Source: Dimorphilus gyrociliatus
Taxonomy: Eukaryota > Animalia > Annelida
Reading direction: 5' to 3'
DNA length: 64,000 nt
Assembly: GCA_904063045.1 (NCBI GenBank)
Contig: CAJFCJ010000007.1
Coordinates: 3,603,404 to 3,667,403 of the forward strand
The stretch's first letter is position 1. Every line of letters starts with the position of its first letter. The notes beneath the pieces were generated by a model. That model was not told where the DNA came from. It ran no database searches and saw nothing but the letters and a program-made list of their open reading frames with translations. The translations under genes were made by a program, and so were the position numbers. Below are positions 13,001 through 24,572 of this stretch, piece by piece.

Positions 13001-16000
13001 TATATTATTTCATACATACATATCCTAACTATCATTTTATGCATTAGCTGATCCGACACCATCTTCCGGTTCGGTTCCGAGTGTGCAACCCAGTACTGAA
13101 TTTGGTTTACGGTCAGCTAGTAATATCGCTTTGGCAGGTATGCTAAAGCTTTTTAGTTTTCGCTTTTGAATACTAACTTTAAAATATATCATCAAAAAAA
13201 CATAATAATAAAAAAGACTTTTAGCTGCAAATAATGAAGTCTCCAGATCACTAATTAATTATGACTGTAATATATCAACAGTTATGCAGTCCGAAGCGCA
13301 TTCTGAAGTCTCTACAAGGACACATTTATCAACTGGTTAGTTTATATTCATCTAGTTGTATTATATGTTAATTTATTGGTGCTTTCAGCAGAAGAAAAGG
13401 AATCGAAAATTATCCACCGTACATCTTACATTACGGCCACAGATAAAAATAAAACATCGTCACATAGTTCAACTGAACGTTCTCACTCCGTTGAAGAGCG
13501 GATTGAACGGCCTCAAGATAGCGAAAACAGCAATATTTCATTGTCGCCGCCAGCCTCATCCACGCAAGCGTATGTAAACAATTCTCTTTTGATTGCGCGT
13601 TTTCAGGCGTTCCACTTGGTTAATAAAAACAGACGCGTAGTCTTGGATAGGCTTGAAATTCCCGTGCGTCAAGACAGTGATTCCGGTTCTAATAGTTCTA
13701 GCCCGATATCTATGTCAGCGCCAGTATCACCTCTCTTTGGTCATAGTCTTGTCGAAGCAATGACGTAAGATTACAGCTGCTTGTTTTAGGGGTGATGGTT
13801 AACTCGCATTACTATTTCCAATATTAATCACTCGTATTTTCCATTTGTCTATTTGTGGTGGCGATAAGCGGCTGATACGACTAACTTTTACTACTTCCGG
13901 CATGCGTTACTCTGGCTTTGACTTATGTGCTTTATATAACTATAAATTATCAAATATTATTGTTATATTATTTTCATTCTTGATAAAGTGAAAAAAATTG
14001 ACTAGACATCTTGTGCATTTTTCAATTATTAATATTTCAATTTTTTAAATATGATATATACTAAAGTTTTATTTTACAGAACAACACCCACTAAACCTGG
14101 AAAGAAATTTAGGAATCCTTTCTCTCAGTCAACGGATAAAGTAAGTGATACAGTAAAGAAAATCCCATCGTCTGTCATTTTCGTACAGTTCCTTTTGAAC
14201 GAACATTCTTTTTTTGGTTTTATTTTTTTTTATTTTTTTTACAAGCAGAAACTAATATTTCTAAATAGCTTGTAAAAAAAAGTTTAGCATGAAATTACTA
14301 CATTTTTTGTTGGATTCTGAAGGCTTTCCCCTCATTTTTTACTTTCTTTTTTGATTTCGTAAAGACACCACGCATTATTGAAGAGAGAAGTGATGTTTCA
14401 GTCGCTGCAAATAGCAGCACCGATTTGATTTATGAGGGTCGGTTGCTGTTTAAAGTTGATTTGTTGCCAGATGGAAAGGTAAACTAAACGCTTTTTTTTA
14501 TCCTAATTGTGACGTTTTTTTCACTTTGTTGAATTTTGTTTTATTTAAAAATCGGTATTATAACCATATAGTTTAGATCTTCTATCCAAACAAACAGCAG
14601 TTAATTAAAACAATGAAAGGAAAATGGACTTTTGTAATAAGAATACTTATAATAACCTTTTTGCATTTATTATTATTCAGCGCTCAAGTGATCGTTCTTG
14701 GAAACCGGCTTGGGCGCAAATACGTGGGCAGCTGATGTACTTATTTAAAGAGAAGCCGGAAGAAAGCGAAGTACGTAAATATAAAAAAAGAATAAATATA
14801 CAATTCTCAATTTCATGGCGATGATTCTCAAATTACGGCATTCTTTTTTTAGCCGTCAAGTTCGTCATCACAACCTGAAGAGACACCAATACCCGTTGGT
14901 TCATGTGTTGTTGATATAGCTTATGAATATGTGAAAAAGAGAAGAAATGTTTTACGAGTGACCACAAACGAGGAATCTCAATATCTTATTCAAACTGAAA
15001 CTAAAGAAGAAATGACGAATTGGGCAAAGGCAATAAGCACACAAAACGATGCCGATGAAATGGCAAAAATTGTACAAAAGCGCACAACGTCTCCTCAAGT
15101 GACCCATAAATCCACTTCAAAACCGAAAATGCCAAAAGCTTTAAGCCGTTCCAGAAATCCTGCAGTATCTCTTCCATCTCCATCTGCTAAACAAAAGCGT
15201 CAGCACACGACGGAGAAGGTAGATGATGAACCGCAACGCTCGTGGAAACAGATGGCAAAGAAGTTTACGACAAGAACTCGTCACGGTAGTCAAAGTAACG
15301 TGCCAACCGCCGAACCGACATGTGGGACATTTAATTTACCACTCTCTCGTTGTCCTTGCTCAGACTCTAATCCTGGCGTCCCTATGATAGTTGAAAAGTG
15401 TTGCGAAGCAGTAGAAGAACGTGGTTTAGATACAACGGGAATATATAGAGTGCCCGGAAATAAAGCAGCAGTAAAGATGCTGCAAGAGGAATTGAGTAAG
15501 GCGCCAATTAACTTCAAGTCAATAACCGAAAACGATAAATGGCAAGACGTTCATGTTGTTACGAGTCTTCTAAAAAGTTTTTTTAGGCAACTACCCGATC
15601 CGATAGTGACAAAAGGTAGAGTTTAAGTGAAAATCAAAATAAAGCTTTCTGGCTTCCTTATCGAGCTTCAAGTCAATGTTTCTTTCTTTTACACAGACAC
15701 GTATGATCAATTTATGCAGGCAAACCGATACGATGATAAAAATAGGAGAATGCTGCATTTGAAACGACGTTTGGCTCAACTACCAGATCACAATCGCGAA
15801 ACGTTCCAGTATTTAGCTAGGCATTTATCAAAAGTTGCCGAAAGAGGCGAAGCAAATAAGGTACGATGATAACTTTATAGGTAGTGGGTTTCGCATATGT
15901 TTGTCAACAAATTTTTTTCAATAGATGGATATCAGGAATTTGGCCATTATTTTTGGGCCAACTTTAGTAAGGAGAACAGATGATAGTATGTTATCATTAG

Positions 16001-17098
16001 TTTCGGATATGAGCGACCAGTGCCAGATTGTTCAAAGTGTTATAACACATGTAAGAATAGAAATTTACTTATACGCAATGTATAAATATTTATTTCACAA
16101 TTAACTTTTGAAATTATATTACATAGCATGACTGGTTCTTTGGCTCTTGGGAAAAAGATAGTGAAATACCAGAGGACGAATTTACAAAGGAATCAGTTAA
16201 AGTTAGTGGTATGAATAATCAGGCGCTAATCGAACATGCCGAAGTAATTGAATATGGCGAAAAGAAAAAGAGGAAAGTTAAAAAGGATAAATGGAAGAGT
16301 TGTGACAGTGAACCCCCCACTATAGAAAGAGACGCAGCTTCCGATAGCGGATACAGCGAAAGGAATATAGATAGGGAAATTGAATTACGTAAAGCAGTTA
16401 ATCAGCCGTCCGTTGCGGAAGAAAGCGAAATTCTTGTTAATGTAAAAATTCACGAAGCATACGACGAAAAAAATATGCCACCACCTTTAACTTTAGAAGA
16501 TAGAGAAACTCTGCGCAAGGAGGCAGAAAGAGCAGCTTCACAGTCAGCTACTCATGAACGCCACCTTCGACATCTCGATGAACTTATTGCTCGAACCGAG
16601 AAAGAGATTGAACAGGACGAACACGCGTCTCGCCGAGAAGCTAGGTGTGGATCATTAGACTCCTTAGAACATTACAAGTTTTCTGATGATGACGTTTCTT
16701 CTCTTACTGACCTCTTCTCCAATATGAAACGACCAGGAAGCGACGATTCGGAGGATAGCACAATCGTCGGGCGCCTTATTAATTCAGCAACGGCTGTACG
16801 ACGACGGCGTCAGTACCGTATGGGCGCCAGGCGTCGACATACAGTGGCCGGCGTGATAGAGATGGAAGCGTTCAAGGCAGCTTTGGCGCGCATGTGTCAG
16901 AATGAAAACGTTGAAAAGGAATCGGCCTGGTCGAGATTGAATCCAAAACCTTCCCGTGATCCGACGCCTCGAAATCTACCGTCTTGGTGCAGACAACAGC
17001 GTCAGATGAACAGGCCAAATCAAATACAGAGCCCGACTACCGAATCAGCTGGGCAGACTCCTTTTCCAAGCCATGTTCACTACGAAAGTTCTATCTAA
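10025..17098 (+). CDS. ARHGAP21: Rho GTPase-activating protein 21/23 ortholog (PDZ-PH-RhoGAP), 15 exons: 10025-10123, 10670-10700, 11403-11613, 11939-12597, 13048-13137, 13225-13335, 13389-13569, 13651-13764, 14080-14140, 14365-14478, 14681-14770, 14853-15615, 15697-15860, 15925-16050, 16127-17098 (~1261 aa)
   Basis: Split PDZ domain [13 protein letters not shown]...MDTIFVKEV...[14 protein letters not shown] domain ([29 protein letters not shown]), RhoGAP ([42 protein letters not shown]). Exon lengths sum to a multiple of 3. Exon choice in the low-complexity middle region is less certain. Confidence 0.92.
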
Positions 17099-17236
17099 CC
17101 GTGTTGTGCCTCAGCGTTTACTGCAGTGTTCGATGCAAGAAAGCCCACCACGATAAACCTAATTGTTTTCTTTTTCTTTTCTCGCTCTGTTTCTTTTTCC
17201 AATTTGTATATATAATCCATATATATATGTATATAT

Positions 17237-17254
17237 ATGTATATGTATATGTAC

Positions 17255-17338
<84 letters not shown>

Positions 17339-17363
17339 CCAGTGTATCTGTGGATATATATAA

Positions 17364-17399
<36 letters not shown>

Positions 17400-17445
17400 A
17401 AAGAAAATATGTGTATAAATATAAACCTATGTATACACATAATAT

Positions 17446-17476
<31 letters not shown>
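17237..17476. repeat. (ATGTAT)n hexamer plus (TA)n microsatellites between the convergent ARHGAP21 and reductase 3' ends
   Basis: About 17 ATGTAT units at 17237-17338, then (TA)n at ~17365-17397 and ~17453-17476; explains the MYMY/YIYI/ICIC ORFs. Confidence 0.95.
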
Positions 17477-17477
<1 letters not shown>

Positions 17478-17587
17478 GCGATCATCAATAGACCTGGTCT
17501 TATGCAGACGTCTTTTTGAAGAAGAATTTTATTGTTCGTGAACGTGACATGTTGGTTAAAAATAAGAAAAAAAACACAATAATAATA

Positions 17588-18310
17588 CTAGAAAACGTAA
17601 GGAACTAAACAACTTTTAGGTATATCATAAGGTCTATCAATGACTGTTTGGTTACCAAACATTTTCTTGTAATTGCGTAATTTCAAACGACCCTTAATGG
17701 ATAAGAGGATGATTGTTGTGGCAAGAAAACACCAAGAGGCCATAGTAAAAACAACCAGTGCGAATCCAGACCAACTTAAAATTTCGGAGAGATAATGAGG
17801 GCAAGCGATTAAGCGGAAGACGCGATGATTAGGATACGAACCATCTTCCCAATTATTTTTCGGTATTCGACTTAGGATTATGTGAAAGTAGCAATTGCTC
17901 CCTTCACCAACTAGCCATAGGAGCAACCCGGACATCGTCATGGGCCAGTTGGAAAGATTAAGTACGTATTCTTCGCGATAATGCCGTACAGTTACAGAAC
18001 CTCCGAACCAGAAGCCGAAAAAAGTAAAATATACAAACCATGCAATGGATTTCGTAATCGCTATCTTTTCTCTAAAGTCCTGTAGTAAAAGTACCTCTCC
18101 AAACCTTCTGAGAAAATGAAAAGAGTACAAGGCTATAATTAAACCGATCGCTTTAAGTTCCAAAGGAAAAGGTGGACGATCTGGTGGAACGAGATTACCA
18201 TAAAGAGGCGTTGGCAAATGAAAAATTGAAAAATTGACTGTTAGTAAAAAACTTGCTTCAGCACCAGTATAAGCCAGGGAGAAAACGAGCCGAGAAGATA
18301 AATAGCGCAT
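17588..18310 (-). CDS. 3-oxo-5-alpha-steroid 4-dehydrogenase / TECR-like membrane reductase, intronless, 240 aa
   Basis: Motifs HFLRRFGEVLLLQDF, GEGSNCYFHIILSRI and FRLIACPHYLSEILSWSGF match the Steroid_dh family; several hydrophobic segments; no TECR N-terminal ubiquitin-like domain. Confidence 0.85.
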   Translation of the reverse strand: MRYLSSRLVFSLAYTGAEASFLLTVNFSIFHLPTPLYGNLVPPDRPPFPLELKAIGLIIALYSFHFLRRFGEVLLLQDFREKIAITKSIAWFVYFTFFGFWFGGSVTVRHYREEYVLNLSNWPMTMSGLLLWLVGEGSNCYFHIILSRIPKNNWEDGSYPNHRVFRLIACPHYLSEILSWSGFALVVFTMASWCFLATTIILLSIKGRLKLRNYKKMFGNQTVIDRPYDIPKSCLVPYVF

Positions 18311-18507
18311 TATATATTCTTATATTCTTACTATTACGTATTGAGAAAATGCCGGAAGAGAAGAAAATAGATCCGACTGATTCAATAATAAAACTTGTAG
18401 TCTACTTTAAACAAAGCATAGGTGAACAATATCAAAAAAACGGTTTATTGGTTTTTTTGTTATTATATATGCAATGGATAAGATAAGTAATGATAAAGGC
18501 CTTCACT

Positions 18508-21500
18508 TTAGTCCTTCTTCATCTCTTTCCACTTTTCGGTCCTTTGGCGGATCTTTCTACCTAATTGATCGTATTTTCTTACTAGAAAATAGTCGAGCTC
18601 TTCCTCCCTCTTTTCCCTGAAGAAAAAAAAAGAAACTTAGACCTTCAACTAGGCGGATATAAAACGTGACAACAGTATCCTACTTTTGCACGTAGCCAAA
18701 CTGCGAGACCGGTATATTAGTAGGGGGCATCCTGTCCCCAAAGGGAAATGCGTCTTCCCTTTGTTTAGCCATTGTTGTTGGAGGTTTCGAATCATCTGCT
18801 GCTGCTTTTCGGTTTGTAGGAGGATCTTGCACGGCGGGAAATTGCGCCTTAACCATTTCCATTGTTAAGAAAGACGCGTACGTATCCTCTTCCGGTATAC
18901 TAGTATCCATTGCACCAGTTAAATTCTGAGGTTCTTCAATAACATCTTCAGCGGGCAACTGATCGAGAATGGCTGGAGTTTCTTTTGGAAGGAGGTCATT
19001 TGAAAACGGATCTGTCCAGCGTGGTACCCATACGCTTGTCAGAGTAGGTGTACTAGACAATGATGTTAAACCCTGAGATGGGAATTTCCTCCAGGTCATC
19101 GAACCTTTAATTGTCTCTTTTCTATCTAGGAAAGCCTTTCGAGTTGAATTATGGACGGAATTTGATTCAGCAGTTGGGTAAAGAGGTATAGGACAAAGGT
19201 GGAAGTCGCCGTCCACCTCTGAGTAATTAATGGGTTGTTGTCGAACAAGCATCCCAGGTATTGGATTGAATATATGCATTGGATCGTACCTGGGATTTCG
19301 ACAAATAGTGGATGGTGGTGAAAGAATATCTGCTACGACCTTGGATTCTTCCTCATTTTCCTTATACTCTTCAAGTAATACCTCGTCCTCTTCCTGTTTT
19401 TCCTCTTCAGCAGGAGGCTCAGGTGTGGCTACCAGTGTCACATCAGACTCAGATAAAATAATAACCTCATCTTCTGCACCAGTTCGAAATTGGCGAGTTT
19501 GGTTAGGAGAAACGTAACCTTGACCCACTTCATGAATGTTGTAGGCGGTGTATTGCAGTAGTTTATATTGTTGAGGAACTTTAAGAGGATGATAGGGTAC
19601 TCTTGACTTTACAACGACTTCTGTCTCTTTAACTGGTACAATACCCAGGGAATCTACAGCTAAGTCATCTTTTTGAGTAGGATCAATATATGTTGGAAAA
19701 GATACGGATTTAATATCATCGATAGAAAGTTTTATATCATCATGAATTGTCTTTTTTTCAATTTCTTTCTTATCTCCTACTGCAACTTTACCCGTGTATT
19801 TTCCATCTTTCCAATCGACAAACAAAGTTTGTAAACTTTTTAACTTCTTTTCACACCGTTTCCTTATAAGGATCTGTTGAAGAAGATAAGCATCATATTT
19901 ACTAAAATCATTAGAAATTGTTTCTTAGAACACTTACTTTGCGTGCCGCTTGTTGAAACTTTGATAAAATGGAATGTCTAACTGCCCATGTGTCGTTACT
20001 ATAGACGTCAAAATTTGCGTCTTCAGGTGGCAAACACTTGAAATCTCTTGTATTCCTATTAAACGAACATTTCGTTCTAATTCGACAGTACTCATGGTCC
20101 AAAACTGGATCACCCCTTTCTAGTTTATAAGTACTCCAAGCGTCTCTCCTATCAGTAAGTATATTTAATTTTTGTTCATAGGATAAAGCGTCTTTTCCAA
20201 CGTGAACCTGAAATTAAAGATCTTCATCAGTTATGCATTATGATAATATGCTAAAACTTCATTTTTCCCTAAACAAATCTGTCCTTATTGGTTGATAAAA
20301 AATTGTTTTTGAGCATTAATCTAGTAAACGTGTAAATAACCCAGATAGTGGATGATGATTCGACTATAAAAGGGGTCTGTATGGTTCAGTATGGTACCGT
20401 GAGATTTGGTAAGCAAGTCGCTAAAGAAGAAAATATGTCTGAACATCGTGAATTGCCCGTTGCGAGAGCTCCATCCGGATATCTTTGGGATCTTTGGCCA
20501 AGCCGATCTGACGACTACTTCCATAATAGATGGTTGAATTGGGTTTCGGATTGGGATAGTTTGTTTGGTTCATTGGATGATGAATTTCGTCGAATCAACC
20601 ATGAGTTCAATGATCAATTTAAGAAAACTCATGTTTCCCAATTGGGAGAGCACGAAGAAGAGAATTTACCAGCGAAAGTTGGTTGGAAAGTTGTTGAGAA
20701 CGTCGCCGAAGAAAAGCGAAATGTTCAACTAGATTTACCAGTAAAGAACTTTAAACCAGAAGAACTTTCAGTCAAAGTTAAAGATGGCGCTGTAGTCGTT
20801 CACGCAAGACACAAGCATGAGAAGGAAGGTGAAAGAGTCTATAGAGAATGCGTTCGTAAGTTCGCAATTCCTCAAGATGTCGACGAAAAGAACATTCACT
20901 GTATTCTCCATCACGATGGTATTTTAACAATTCGTGCACCAGCACCACCAGCCATTTGCGATAAGCCTAAAGAAAGAGTTCTGCAAATTGAGCGACAACT
21001 GTCTAAAGATAGCAAAAAGGAAGAAAAGTAAAGAACTCTTTGCTGCGGATGTGTCATTCATGTAAAACCAGAAAAATTTGCTAAAATAAGCTCTGATTTT
21101 CTCCGTTCAATAAAAAAAGAATTTTAAAAAAACAAAAAAAACCAGCCTATTGTCTATTTTACCTGCCATTTAAATTTATTACGCTTTTCCGCTTCGATAT
21201 CCTCCAGTACTAGTTTTTCGAAAGAAGCCTCTTTCATTTGTCGACTAGTTCCTGTTTTAGCTTTGGCGGAAATTGCTAAAAAGAAAAAAAAGAGACCTTT
21301 ATAAAACATGTTTGTCTTTTTGGATAAAGGTCATTTTGGTTCTTTCTTTACCTTGTCTGAGTTCGTTCATGCTTAACTTTCCAGGCTCTTGATTTAATAC
21401 TAAATTGACAGCGTGTACATTGTCTAAATTTTCACCGAATCTTAGACCGTCTCTTTCAACTAGCGTTGTTGCTTGTCTACTTGTCCCTTCGATAACGACT

Positions 21501-22696
21501 TGCGATTTTTCCCTTTTCTTTCGAACTCTTCCCAGAGGTCTTATATCCTCCAAGTCTAAAGGGTTATCCGTATCCATATCGTCGTCCCTAAGAAGACAGA
21601 TAGCATATAGTTTCGTGTATAAGCAACAGGGTTTTATAGAATGGAAATATTTACATGGATGTATCATCATTTAATAAATCACTCTCATAAGTCTCTAGCA
21701 TCTTTTCTCTGCAATCGAAAAATTATTCATCTCTGTTGTTTAATGGGAAAATATGATAAAAGAAAAGTGAACCTTAGTAATCCGGGATTTGCTTTTCCAT
21801 AGACAGTGCAGATTAAGGGTTTGGCGTTAAATTGGGAAACGGTTACTTGTACTTTGATCATAGCAGTTGCAAAATCGATTGGTGAAAATGTAACAGATAT
21901 TTCCTCTCTACTATGTGGAGTGACAACGCCAGACATTGGTTCAACCTTAAAGGCTGAATGATTCTGAAGAACTATAACATGATATTCGAATTCGATAGGG
22001 CAGTTACATTCTAAAGGAATATTCCGTGTTTCACTTTCGCCGATTGGAATGGGTGAGAATCTTACGGTTGATGGAAAATCGACAAGATTAAGGACAGGGT
22101 AGGCGTGTACTGGAATAACCAGATTTTCTTCCCCAGGCGTATGTATCCTGATACAATCATAATAATAGCGCCATTCGTCTGCTTTAAATTCCACTATACA
22201 GTCTAAAGTTAAACCAGGAACTAAGCGATCCTATATAGAAGAGAAAAAATGGAAGAGAATGTTTATTTGAGAGAAAAGAGTATGTTATTACAATCTTCAA
22301 CATACTTTCTTTTGATATTTAATACTGAAATATCGTGTTTGAGGCGGTATAACGTGCATTCGAAGCACATCTGGCGAAATGTTGGCTAATTCCAGAGGTA
22401 AACGGTGAACCTTATTCAATTCGAATCCGGAAAAATGAATTACTGAAGGACGAGCTTGAACAACGTTATTTCTCGACAACTTTGAGTAGATTTCTGATGA
22501 ATTTAAGCCAATTTTTAACCTTTTACACTAATCTCTCGATTATATACTTACTACTCTCTAAAAGATGGTTTGGAACGGGAAATGACTTTCTGGTGTCAAC
22601 TAGCTGCATACTGTCTATCAATAAAGCTTCATTAGTTCTTCCAAACAGATTACTTCGGAAATTCGCTTGAGCATCTTCTAATTTAATTGCAGACAT
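18508..22696 (-). CDS. CFAP221: Cilia- and flagella-associated protein 221 (PCDP1), 9 exons: 22696-22552, 22493-22306, 22230-21773, 21708-21655, 21587-21352, 21275-21163, 20207-19938, 19873-18684, 18616-18508 (~920 aa)
   Basis: VPNHLLESK, QARPSVIHFSGF, HVIPPQTRYF, DEWRYYYDCIRIH, VIPVHAYPV, LECNCPIEFEY, RQMKEASFE...KWQVHVGKD, WRKFPSQGL all match recalled CFAP221 sequence; GT-AG introns phase-consistent. Confidence 0.92.
20365..20371 (+). promoter_or_regulatory. TATA box (TATAAAA) of the nested small HSP gene
   Basis: Canonical TATAAAA 70 nt upstream of the probable HSP20 ATG at 20435. Confidence 0.6.
20435..21031 (+). CDS. Small heat-shock protein (HSP20/alpha-crystallin domain), intronless, ~198 aa, nested antisense in CFAP221 intron 6
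   Basis: Alpha-crystallin domain LPVKNFKPEELSVKVKDGAVVVHARH...RKFAIPQDVD...DGILTIRAP and C-terminal VLQI motif. ATG 20435 lies downstream of the TATA box; the ORF-track start at 20348 is a GTG upstream of it. Confidence 0.92.
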   Translation: MSEHRELPVARAPSGYLWDLWPSRSDDYFHNRWLNWVSDWDSLFGSLDDEFRRINHEFNDQFKKTHVSQLGEHEEENLPAKVGWKVVENVAEEKRNVQLDLPVKNFKPEELSVKVKDGAVVVHARHKHEKEGERVYRECVRKFAIPQDVDEKNIHCILHHDGILTIRAPAPPAICDKPKERVLQIERQLSKDSKKEEK

Positions 22697-22735
22697 TTTT
22701 ACGTAATCCTAAATAGAAATATTGTTATCTACGAC

Positions 22736-22749
22736 TTCGTCATGGAAAC
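22736..22749. promoter_or_regulatory. RFX X-box-like motif (TTCGTCATGGAAAC) upstream of CFAP221
   Basis: Perfect CATGGAAAC half-site 40-53 nt upstream of the CFAP221 ATG; X-boxes are typical of ciliary gene promoters. Confidence 0.5.
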
Positions 22750-23416
22750 TTTAATTGTTTGAAGAGACGAATGAAGTTATTCCGTTTAAAAATCCTTTAA
22801 TATCACAGACAGCATCTATTTTCTGCGCCATTTTGCGCTGACTTGACAACGGAACAAACTCCGCAAAAAATAGTCCGGTAAATAAAATTAATTCGTATGA
22901 TAAAAAGAAATTGATTTGTCAGATTTTACAAGTCAACTATAAATTTTAGAAGATATTAATACATTTCTCCATTGAATAGCTATTTAACTACTTTCTGAAC
23001 TCAAAATGAAAAACTAATATTCATACGCATTAAATTGGTGTTGTCAAGGTAATGTGTCAGAATTGGCGCTTTTTTCGAATATATACCACGGAATTCTTCA
23101 TCAAATTTTTTAAAATGAAAAAAAAACGGCCCATATAATACGTTAATACGTCCTTGAACTCCAATTTATTTCACTACACGATACAATTTTTCAGTATAAA
23201 AAAAAATACAACGAATCATCGGGTACATAAATAAGCGCGACTTTTATTGAAGTTGAAAAAGAAAACGAGATAATATAGGCAACGAGACCGAAAACAAAAG
23301 CCCCCTCTACAATTCACAGGCAAAAATGTATGGATAATTTACAGAGTGACGGTTACTCGTCGCCTTGGAATTATAATAAATGTTATATGCACTTATTCTA
23401 AACTTCGTCGTCCCCC

Positions 23417-24196
<780 letters not shown>

Positions 24197-24464
24197 TTAA
24201 ATTTCCGCCTGAAATAAAATCATAGTTATAAACCATTTGATGATGCTTGAAAGGTGATATATAAATTGACAAATTGATGACTAAACGTCGACATTTGATT
24301 TTTCGATTTGAAACGTAAATAAACGAGCTATTTAATTTTCTAACCTCTTAAATATTAAACCGAATATAAGAGTGAAAATTTTCAGTTAATATCAAATAGA
24401 TGTCGACGATTCCGGCTCTGAAAAAATAATAAAACCGGCTAAATTCACCTTTCTGCAAAGTTCA

Positions 24465-24572
24465 ATAAATATGGCGGACGTGGAAGGACTACCGTTTCAC
24501 ATGCCACGTTGTCAATACCTAGGCAATTGGGATGTTTACAAAAGAAATGCTCAAACCCCTATCACGTGACTA
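24465..24572. promoter_or_regulatory. Probable ARF1 promoter elements: YY1-like AATATGGCGG (24468-24477) and E-box TCACGTGAC (24562-24570)
   Basis: GC-richer island 280-380 nt upstream of the ARF1 ATG; ARF1 has a 5'UTR acceptor at 24208-24210. Motif-level evidence only. Confidence 0.4.

Noticed and set aside
13570-13650. ORF 13376..13768 reads through this interval without a stop
   Set aside because: It has a GTATGT donor and a phase-compatible AG acceptor; treated as an 81-nt intron, although in-frame retention is possible.
16984-17491. Five overlapping ORFs with VY/IY/IH/IC/MY repeats
   Set aside because: Artefacts of (ATGTAT)n and (TA)n repeats.
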